Shown here piece by piece: positions 49,262 to 57,917 of a stretch of DNA of 64,000 bases. The DNA lies in assembly GCA_025594325.1 (NCBI GenBank), contig JANHCV010000009.1:930001-994000 (forward strand), given 5' to 3'. The DNA is from Blastocladiella emersonii ATCC 22665. Lineage: Eukaryota > Fungi > Blastocladiomycota. The translations under genes and the position numbers were made by a program. Under the pieces are notes generated by a model. The model was not told the DNA's origin and made no database searches. It worked only from the letters and a program-made list of their open reading frames with translations. Within the stretch, counting starts at the first letter, position 1. Each line of letters begins with the position of its first letter.

Positions 49262-49884
49262 GATGTAGTGAGCGGTGTTCGAGTGACCCGGCAGCGCGGT
49301 GAGTGATAAGGGAGTGACGACGGACAGAAACGAGCCAAACGACGCGGAGGACGGTCGGCAGCGGTTCTCCGGGTGATGAGGGTGAAGAGTGCCGAGGGGG
49401 AAGGGCGGAGATGGGGCGGATGAGTTGATAGGAACGCGAACTTGCATCGACTAAGCACGACGCGGATGCACCGCCGCGGCGGCGACGCACGTCTTCTTGG
49501 TGGGACCGAGCACGTCTTGGAGGTCGGTTTGTCGTCGCAGGCAAGCGTGGAGGCCGCGGACACGACTCGGACCCAGCGAGCGATGCGGCGAAGGCGGCCT
49601 CACGACTCGGGCGCCGCGGTGGCCGACGCGGTGTGGGCGACGTACGGGCAGGGCTGCATGCGATGCCGAGGGGATGGGTGCGTCGAATGCATGGTAATAG
49701 AGGGGGTCGGGCGGGGACTTGGCGGATCGGCGGGAGCGGCAGCCATCCGCGCCCAACGCGCGCGCTGAAGAAGTATCGGCAAAGAACGAAAGCGTCACGC
49801 CGTGACCTTCGCGTCCCTCGCCTCCCTCACCGCTCGACGCACCATGCAAACCCATCTTGCGACTCTATGCAACCGACCTGAAAT

Positions 49885-51377
49885 ACCGAGCTCTACCTCT
49901 TGCTATGCCTGACGCTGTCAAATCTGTGTGTTTGCGCTCACACAGCTCCGATCTCGCGGTCAGAACTCGTCAAGTTCAACCTTCTCACGCTCTATGAGCT
50001 CCACTGCACTCTGCTCCGCGGATCAGCGCCGAGTGACTGGTCGCTCGCGTACGCGGGACCAGTCCTTGGTTGGTTTGACCTGGCCGCTTGCTGCGTGTTT
50101 GTGTGCGCGCGCGCTTCAACAACTACGCACGCCCAAGCACCGCTGCCTGAGCAAACACGTCGAGATCATCAAGCGCTTTGGTCCCACCACGATCCTGTTG
50201 ACCAAGGCTACGGAGCGCTCGCACAAGTTCAACGCGTAGGTCGTGGCCAAGTTCACGAACCACACGGCGACCTCGACTGAGCAGATGTTATTACGCGTGG
50301 CCTCGTGCGAGGCCCTGCAGGCGATCGTGCGCACGCACGCTCGTGAGGGAGTGCGACCCCGCGGCTCAGATTCGCTGCCTCTAGCGCGCCGTGGAGCATC
50401 ACTAACGCTCGCGTCGTAACCATCGCATCACAGGAATACGAGGGCATGGACGAGATCTTCAACAACCTGACCGACGTGCGCCTGACCACGCTCAAGGCCT
50501 ACGACGTTTGACCGCATCAAGTTTGGTCCCGGGCGCGAGGTGCACTTCTCGTTCGGCACGACCGCGAGCTCGAGCGTGGACCAGCTCTCGACCCGGACCC
50601 CGTTCCTCGCCCAGATCCTCCATGGTTACTTGGCAGAGGACGCTGGAATCTCGGCGCAGCGCGCGGCCAACGATCCGTTGCTGGGCCCCGACGACGGCAA
50701 GGTACCCGCGTGCGCGCGATCTGCATCAAATTGACGAGGAACTGACGCTTCCCGGCTCGCGATGCGTGTAGTTTCTCGTGTCCAAGGCAATCTCGTTCGA
50801 GGCCTTCTCGCTCGGCGGGTTCCGCAACGAGCAGCTCACGGGCAAGGGCCAGTTCCCGACCCGCGGCAAGACGCACGCGGACTGGGTCATGGTACGCTGC
50901 TGGCTGTGCTCATACCCGAATCGTTCGGTCGCTCACATCTGCTATTATCTCGCGTACGGTAGTATCTCACGTCGGACAAGAAGTACCGCGTCGGGAAGCT
51001 GGCCGTCGCGCTGCACTTCACGCACAACGGCACCGAGCACGACGTGGCCATCGTCGAGCAGTTCCGCGTCCAGGACGACGCGCCGGGCGGCGGCAAAAAG
51101 GTAGAAGAACATCCCGGTGCAGGTCCTTGCCCTGCATCCCGCGGTGCAGGGGATGGGTCTCGGCCGCTACCACGCCGTGAGCGTGGCGGCCTTCCAGACC
51201 TTTGTCCACGTCGTGCCCAACTACGACCGGCCCGCGGCGCCGGCGACCGCAGGCGCAGCCAACTTCAAGCTCGACAGCGAGTACAGGGAGTGGCTGCTCA
51301 ACCCGTTCGACTGCGCGGGGTCGGCTGCGCTCATGGCGTACCTGTGGGAGCGCGACTTGCTCGAGGTGGTAGTGTAG
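49885..51377 (+). pseudogene. Plavaka-type transposase remnant (C-terminal half)
   Basis: TPKHRCLSKHVEIIKRFGPTTILLTKATERSHKFNA*VVAKFTNH...TEQML resembles the Plavaka PKxH..HY..I..FG...TE..ER.H...K...TN....QM motif. Later HADWVM, LAVALHF, FVHVVPNY and WLLNPF. Introns 50702-50771 and 50892-50962; several frameshifts and a TAG at 50237-50239. Confidence 0.65.
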
Positions 51378-51725
51378 GGGACCCGTCGGGTCTCGCGGCG
51401 TAGCGAGCGCCGTCCCTTGCAGTACTCGCGACGAGAACGAGCTGCGGCGCGTGGCGGGCGCCGCTGGTCGAAATACATGACCTCGTTCTCTCAGATCATC
51501 ACTCTCGCTGCCGCATCGATGACTTGACGCGTTTCGCGCTCGCGGGCGACGCAGTCTCACGGGTCGAACACGAGTCGAAGCGCAAAACCTCTCTTCACCG
51601 CGTCAAAGTCTCCGGCAATCGCTCATAAATAGGTTGCATCAAGTCGTCGGAGCAGAAAATTCCTGATTCATACTGGTCGATGCGTGCGTGGGGAGCGGGG
51701 ACTTGGAGATGGCGAGGGCACCGAC

Positions 51726-51824
51726 CCGGTTCGCGCGACCCTTTGCGCAAACCCCTGCGCCACTTTAGCTGGCGCCGCGGCCGGGTTTGCGCAAACCCCT
51801 TTGCGCAAAGGGTCGCGCAGCCGG
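51726..51824. repeat. ~100-bp fold-back (MITE-like) structure
   Basis: Perfect 19-bp inverted repeat gcgcgaccctttgcgcaaa (51733-51751 / 51800-51818); three TTTGCGCAAA palindromes; CCGG on both flanks. Confidence 0.75.
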
Positions 51825-51837
51825 AGCCGTTTCGGCG

Positions 51838-52767
51838 ATGGAATTCGTGCTCGTCGAGCTGCCGTTCATTCGCCGCAACGACGGCGCTGGTACCGCTGGC
51901 GTTTTCTTCAACGTTGGCGCGCTGACCAACCTGCAGGTAGCAGTGCCTGCAGTGGAGGACAAGCAGGAGGGCACACCCAACCCTGCGGCTCCTGCTCAGC
52001 TCGCGACTGGACGTGATGACGATCAAGAACACGATGAGCTCGAACAGCATGACGATCTGGGTCGTGAGGTCAAGTGCAACGCGCGCAACGACGGCGACGT
52101 GGCTCGCGGGCCAGTTCTGGCTCCGCCGCTTCGCGCCAAGGATCTCGAGGATCACTGCGACCCACGCGCGACCAGCTCGAGCAGCTATACCAGCACTGAC
52201 GCGACAGCCAGTCGCAAGCGGCCCGCTGCTGACGACTTGCCCGTGGAACCGTCGCCCGCCAAACGGCTCGCCATTGTTTCGCCCGCCCGCTCGCCCACCC
52301 CATCGCCGCGCGTGCGCACGCCTGAGCCCGCCGCTCTGCGTGTCGTTACTCCCATTCCGTCGCCTGCCCCCGCTTCGCCTGCCCCCGCGTTGCCTGCCCC
52401 CGCGTTGCCTGCCCCCGCGTTGCCTACCCCTGCTTCGCCCGCTCCTGCGTCGCCCACCCCTGATTCACCCGCTCCTGCTTCACCCGCTCCTGCGTCGCTC
52501 GCTCCTGCCGCACCAATTACCGTCGCGCCGCCTTCCCCCACGGCTGACCCTTCCCATACCACGCGCTGGCTTCCTGCAACCCGCGCCAACTTCTTCCGAT
52601 CCTTCCCCGCCGACGAAGCGACTTTCCTGCTCATCGCGTTCGAGTTTGGTCGTGTCTACCCGGCTGAGCTCGCCATGGCCAAGACCTTCGCGACTCGCGC
52701 GGTCCTGCTCAAGTACACGGTGGACCGCTTCGTTGAGCTCCTGGACTCGATGGTTGCTCAGCCGTGA
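51838..52767 (+). pseudogene. Unknown intronless family, copy D (5'-truncated)
   Basis: VELPFIRR..GVFFNVGAL, a PA(S/L)PA repeat linker (15-nt units, ~52360-52510) and C-terminal NFFRSFPAD...YTVDRFVELLD. The N-terminal EWxxYQAL domain is absent. Confidence 0.7.
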
Positions 52768-53038
52768 TTCTGCCCGTCATTCAGTTGATACTCTGTTTTT
52801 TTTTTGTTTTTCCTTTCATTGATATAAAGCTGTTTCTTTGTGTTTCACTGCTCTGGATACGCCTCAGCGAAGTTGCAAAGACACTCGCGCGACTCGCGTG
52901 ATCGTCCGCACCAACCAAGTTTGGGCAGGTTCTGCCACCCTTTCGTTGATTTTTACGTTTAACTGTATGCAACTCTCCTCAAAGCCATCGTGGTTTGTCG
53001 CGGGAAGACACTCAACGCGAGGGCAAGGGTGTGAGACA

Positions 53039-53073
53039 TGTCTCGCAGCTGTCACGTGATTGTTGAACGCGTC
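53039..53073 (+). promoter_or_regulatory. Conserved downstream motif, copy 3
   Basis: tgtctcgcagctgtcacgtgattgttgaacgcgtc. Confidence 0.55.
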
Positions 53074-53474
53074 GACTCCGCGACGCGTCGACGCGCCCAA
53101 GTCGTGCGATCCTCTACACTTCGGCGCAGCACCACGAGGTACGAGCTTCGGTTCAGCTCTGATTCGGCCGACAATTATTTTGCGTTGCCAAAAGTCCAAA
53201 CGCTTCCTTTGACAAAGTAGTGCTGACATGTGTACACGCGCTACTGCCACTCGGGATTTATTAAAGGCTTGAACGTTTGTTTAGGGGGCCAAGGGTTGCG
53301 AGACAGGACAAATGTGTGACAAATTAGCGGGATACGAGGAGAACAACGCGACGGCGGACATCGTCCCCTTGTGTCTCCCGTTCTCCACTCCTTTGTCTCT
53401 CACGGATGCTCGCTGACAATGTGCTTTGCACAAACTCGGCTCTTGTTCGTTCTCGCTCTTTATGACACGTTAAC

Positions 53475-54965
53475 ATGGAACAAAATCACGCCGCCCGAAT
53501 TTTGCTTGACGAGGATGGAGACGAGGTTGCGCTGGAGCCGCTCGCCCAGCCGCTCACCGTCGCCGTCGCGCCCAACGCACTCCCGGCCCACCTCCCAAAC
53601 GGGCCTCAAACTCCGCCTGTCCAGCAGCAGCCGCGAGGCGCCGCTGCGCAGAACCTTCCACCGATCGTGGACAGCGAGACGTGCGACGAGTGGGCGTTTT
53701 ACCAAGCGCTCCTCGCCGTGCTCACGCACGAGCACGCACGCGCACCGCTTCCCGACACGGCGCTTCGCGTCGACGCGGGGCCCGAGGTCGAGCAGGTGAT
53801 TGACACGGTCATGGCGATGATCGAGCGGCACAGTAGTCTGGAAACCAGGGTCTTCCAGCATTGCAAGCCTGGCCCTCGCGGCAACGTTTGTTTGAGATTG
53901 AAAGCCATTCGCCCCGCACTCTGTCGATACGTCACGCAGGGCGCGATTCCGCGCAGCGTTCCAGCGCGAAACGCGCTCATTCGCAGGGGGATCGCGGCGC
54001 TGCTCGATGGGGTTGGCGACGGGAGTGTCCCGCGCTTGATTGAGACGGGATACGTTCCTCCGGGCCGCAACGAGCCCGTTGTTGTTCGTGTGCCTTTCGT
54101 GTTTCGCGCGGGCGCCGGTGTTTTCTTCAACATCGCCGCTCTCAATGACCCGCAAGTGGCAGTTCCCGAGCCGCAGGTGGTAGCGAACGCTGTCGAAGTC
54201 GCGCCTCCAGCTGACCATGTTCAACCCATCGACCATGACGAGCCCGATGAGCGCGCTGACGACGAAGAGCAGGGTGAACCTGCGGCTCAACTCGATCTCA
54301 ACGGGCTTGGCAATGATCAGCATCAAGATCACGATACTGCTGGCGATGCCGAGCGGAGCGACGCTGAAGCGGCTGACGATGAGCCTGTTCCCGGTTTCCG
54401 ACTTGGTGCTGGTGCGCTCGCGGCCGCTGGCCAACCCGGCGACACGGAACCGGCCCATGCTTCGCCCGAGCCCGAACCACGCCCGTATAAGATGGCAACG
54501 AGGGCCAGTACCGCCTTGTCTAACGGCCGCAAGCGCGCTGCTGATGATGAAGGGTCTCACGCAGGCTCGTCGTCGAGCAAGCGGCGTGCCGCACCGTCGG
54601 CTGCTCCTTCGCCTTCACCACCGAGGTCAACTCACGCGCACACGCCTGCCTCGGCTACCCCACCTGCTGTCGACCACGCGTCGAATCTTGAACCCGCTCA
54701 GCAGCAACCCGCCACCGCTGCCGCGCCGCCCGCCCACGCTGTCCCGCCTGGCTCTTCCTTCGCATGGCTCGCCGAGACCCGCCTCGCGTCCTTCCGCGCC
54801 TCTCCCGCCGACGCTTTCACGTTCAGGCTGATTGCCTTTGAGTTTGGTCGCGGGCACCCGGGTCTAGCTTCCGATGCAACGGCATACGCCGCTCGCGTGG
54901 CCTCGTACAATTACTCGGTCGACGAGTTCATCGAGTTTCTCAACGATCTGATCCCGCAGTCGTGA
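53475..54965 (+). CDS. Unknown intronless family, copy E (intact, 496 aa)
   Basis: EWAFYQALLAVLTHEH, VRVPFVF..GVFFNIAAL, an acidic linker and C-terminal LASFRASPAD...YSVDEFIEFLNDL. Confidence 0.8.
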   Translation: MEQNHAARILLDEDGDEVALEPLAQPLTVAVAPNALPAHLPNGPQTPPVQQQPRGAAAQNLPPIVDSETCDEWAFYQALLAVLTHEHARAPLPDTALRVDAGPEVEQVIDTVMAMIERHSSLETRVFQHCKPGPRGNVCLRLKAIRPALCRYVTQGAIPRSVPARNALIRRGIAALLDGVGDGSVPRLIETGYVPPGRNEPVVVRVPFVFRAGAGVFFNIAALNDPQVAVPEPQVVANAVEVAPPADHVQPIDHDEPDERADDEEQGEPAAQLDLNGLGNDQHQDHDTAGDAERSDAEAADDEPVPGFRLGAGALAAAGQPGDTEPAHASPEPEPRPYKMATRASTALSNGRKRAADDEGSHAGSSSSKRRAAPSAAPSPSPPRSTHAHTPASATPPAVDHASNLEPAQQQPATAAAPPAHAVPPGSSFAWLAETRLASFRASPADAFTFRLIAFEFGRGHPGLASDATAYAARVASYNYSVDEFIEFLNDLIPQS

Positions 54966-55033
54966 GGTTTCCTCGTAGTTCCGTACATACATTGTTTTCG
55001 TGTTTGATCGCTTGGATGATGAGGCTATGAAGG

Positions 55034-55068
55034 TGTCTCGCGCGGCTCACATGATTGTTTGACGCGCC
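55034..55068 (+). promoter_or_regulatory. Conserved downstream motif, copy 4 (in a tail-to-tail gap)
   Basis: tgtctcgcgcggctcacatgattgtttgacgcgcc. Confidence 0.55.
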
Positions 55069-55194
55069 GTTGACCCAACCAGCTCACGCACAAACCCATC
55101 ATCCCGCCCATTTTCGAGTAACTAAGAGTGTGTGATTGCAATTACTCCATCATGCACCGACTACCCCACCCGCTACCGCGAGGCGCCATCGCGC

Positions 55195-57289
55195 TCACTT
55201 GAGGAAGTGCTGGTACACCGGGTTACTCGTCTCGACGACATATGGGAACCCGAGGTTCTCGAGAAACGCGTCGAACGCGCTCTCACGTCCAGGCGGGACC
55301 TGCATGCCGACGAGCACACGTGCGATATCCGCGCCATGGTTGCGGTAGTGGAACAGGGACACGTTCCAGTCGCTCTCGAGGAGCGAGAGGAACCGCTTGA
55401 GCGCGCCGGGCCGCTCGGGGAACTGGAACCGGAGCAGCCGCTCGTTGGTGACGGTCGCGGACCGGCCGCCGATCAGGTACCGCCCGTGGGTCTTGGCCAC
55501 CTCGTTGTCGGTGATATCGAGCGCGTGCATGCGGACGTTGCGCGTCTCGCCCGACGCGGCCGACGTGACGGGGACGGTGTCGCCCTCGAGCTGCGCCATG
55601 ACCTCGGCCACCTCAAGGGCGCCGCGCGTGACCTCGAACCCGATGAAGATGTGCGCCTCGAACGGGTCCGAGTACCGGTACGAGAACTCGGTGACGTTGC
55701 GCGGGTAGATTTTCGAGTACAGGCGCCAGAAGGAGCCGGGCTGTTCCGGGATGATGACTGACAGGAGCGTCTCGCGGCCCTCGCCGATGCGCGCGCGCTC
55801 GGCGACGAACCGCAGCCGGTCAAAGTTCATGTTGGCGCCGCTCAGCACGCACGCGAACACGCCGTGCTTGATGTGCGGGTTCTGCTGCAGGAACTTCTTG
55901 CACCCGGCCACGCCGAGTGCGCCTGCGGGCTCGACGATCGACCGCGTGTCGTCGAACGTGTCGCGGATCGCCGCGCAGATCTCGTCGGTGCTCACGAGGA
56001 CCATGTCGTCGACGAGGGCTACCGTGTGGGTTCGGCGGCGGGAGGTTGAGTTCGGGTCGAACGGGAGTGGGGACCAGAGCGCGTACCGTTGCAGATGCGG
56101 AACGTCTCCTGGCCGACGACGCGGACCGCGGACCCGTCGGCAAACAGGCCGACCTCCTTGAGCGGCGTGTGCTCGCCCTTGGCCAGCGACGTGTGCATGC
56201 CGCTCGAGTCGATCGTGTTTCTACGCTTGCCATCCATCAGCCCCAGCTCCCACACTACTTGACCACCGCGCAACGTACACTCCGATAACCTTGACCTCGG
56301 GCCGAATCCGCTTGACGTAGGCCGCGATGCCCGCTAGCAGCCCGCCGCCGCCGCAGCACACGAAGATGGCGTCGAGCCGCTCCTGGCGGACCTGGCGCAG
56401 GATCTCGACGCCGATGGTGCCCTGGCCGGCGATCACGTACTTGTCGTCAAAGGGCTGGACGATGGTCAGGTTGCGGTCGGCGGCGAGCCGGTACATTTCG
56501 GCCTTGGCCTCGTCAAAGTCGGTGCCGCACAGGACCACCTCGGCGCCGAGGCGGCGCACGTTGGCGACTTTGATCTCGGGGGCGAAGACGGGCATGCTGC
56601 GAGAGCGGGATTGGGTTAGTCGGGTCGGAGAGGGGTGGCGGGCGAAAGCGAGGGATGAGAAAGTACCAGATGGTGGCCTTGATGCCGAGTCGCTGCGCGG
56701 CCACTACGAGCGCACGCGTGTGTGTGAGGGTCGAGGCGATCGCGACGACGTGAGAGCGGTGAGGGCGTACTTGCGACACCCTGGGCGTGGTTCCCCGCAC
56801 TCGCGGCGATGACGCCTCGCGCGCGCTCCTCGGGCGAGAGATGGAACCTAGCTCGCTTCGGTTAGCACCGCTCGACGTCGTGCACGCGAGATCGAGCGCG
56901 CGCGTACATCTTGTTGAAGGCGCCGCGGCACTTGAACGAGAAGACGGGCTGCATGTCCTCGCGCTTGAGCAGGATCGTGTTGCCGAGTTTGCTACACTCC
57001 CCGCGGGTCAGTCTTCAACCCACCGCCGATCAACACGGGTAACGCACTGCGACAGGTTCTTGGCGTGGGTGAGGGGCGACTCGATGGCAATATCGTAGAC
57101 GCGGGCGTTGAGGATCAGCTGGAGGTAGTCGGTTTCGTCCTCCTTGTCGGTGGTGACGCGCTTGATGTCCTTGCGGGTCTGCCCCGTCGGCCGCGGGATC
57201 GACGGCGCCGGCCACTCGATGGGCGGCGGCGCGGGCCCGCCGGTGCCGGACAGGTTGTCGGTCGAGAGCGTGGTGCCGTTCGGGTTCAT
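55195..57289 (-). CDS. ILV1: Biosynthetic threonine dehydratase (threonine ammonia-lyase), multi-exon
   Basis: [39 protein letters not shown] (PLP Lys), [50 protein letters not shown], and two C-terminal regulatory repeats ([16 protein letters not shown]). Confidence 0.92.
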
Positions 57290-57917
57290 GGTTGCTGATG
57301 CATGTATGCTGGTTGTGCGAGGAGAGAGGAGAGAGCGAGTAGGTGCGCGAACTTAATAGAGCGAAGCGGAGGGTCGCTGCGCGCTGAAGCAAAGGGAGAC
57401 GAACCGGCCGACCGGACGCGTGACTGGCCAAGCACGTGAGACGCGTCTCGCGCCCAACGTCCCGCAGCGCCGCGCGTGACTCTTCCGCGCCGCCCGCCTC
57501 GCCGCTAATTCGCCAGCGATAATCCGGCCGCGTGCCGAATAAGCTGATTGGGCTACTGTGGATCTCGCCGTGGTATTTCCGGTGCGCGCGCGATAAACCC
57601 TCGAGGAGAAGAAGACCGCGTCGCGACGCAAGTATCACGCGCGGGTCAAGTGATTTCGGAAACGCGCGGGCCGGGGGACGTTTTTACGTTCCGCTCGCTC
57701 GTTCGCTGGCTCGGTCAGTCGCCGCCGCCGCCGCCACCGCCACCGCTCTGCGCCGCGGTCCTCCCGATCTTGCGCCCCCGCTCTCCCTCAACCTTGTTCT
57801 TGTTGGATGATATAGGCTCGCTGCAGCCGCCATCTCTCAACCGCACCACCTGCAACGCATCGACAACCCTCGTGTCGAGGAACCCGCACAACCGAACACC
57901 GACCACCACCACCGACC

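Larger units (their letters stand above)
40960..49267 (+). mobile_element. KDZ (Kyakuja-Dileera-Zisupton-type) DNA transposon with cargo, ~8.3 kb
   Basis: Imperfect ~88-bp inverted repeats at 40966-41052 and 49172-49261 (core 54/61 identical). Direct repeat GTGAGCGG at 40952-40959 and 49268-49275 (9 bp if the preceding A is included). KDZ-type transposase inside. Confidence 0.75.

Noticed and set aside
5414-50239. TAG reassigned to Gln (as in some aphelids and ciliates), suggested by TAGs at Gln positions
   Set aside because: TAG is the normal terminator of the MAPKKK (23616), the ArfGAP (60215) and array copies 3 and 5, at positions where paralogs use TAA or TGA. The internal TAGs occur only in decaying repeats.
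3636-52767. Frameshifts as systematic long-read assembly errors
   Set aside because: Multi-kb conserved genes with many homopolymer runs (MAPKKK, GCS, FGGY, ILV1) show none. Individual cases still need read-level checks.
37217-52767. Copies C and D as two halves of one gene split by the insertion
   Set aside because: Both contain the same PF(V/I)RR...N motif region, so they overlap in homology and are separate paralogs.
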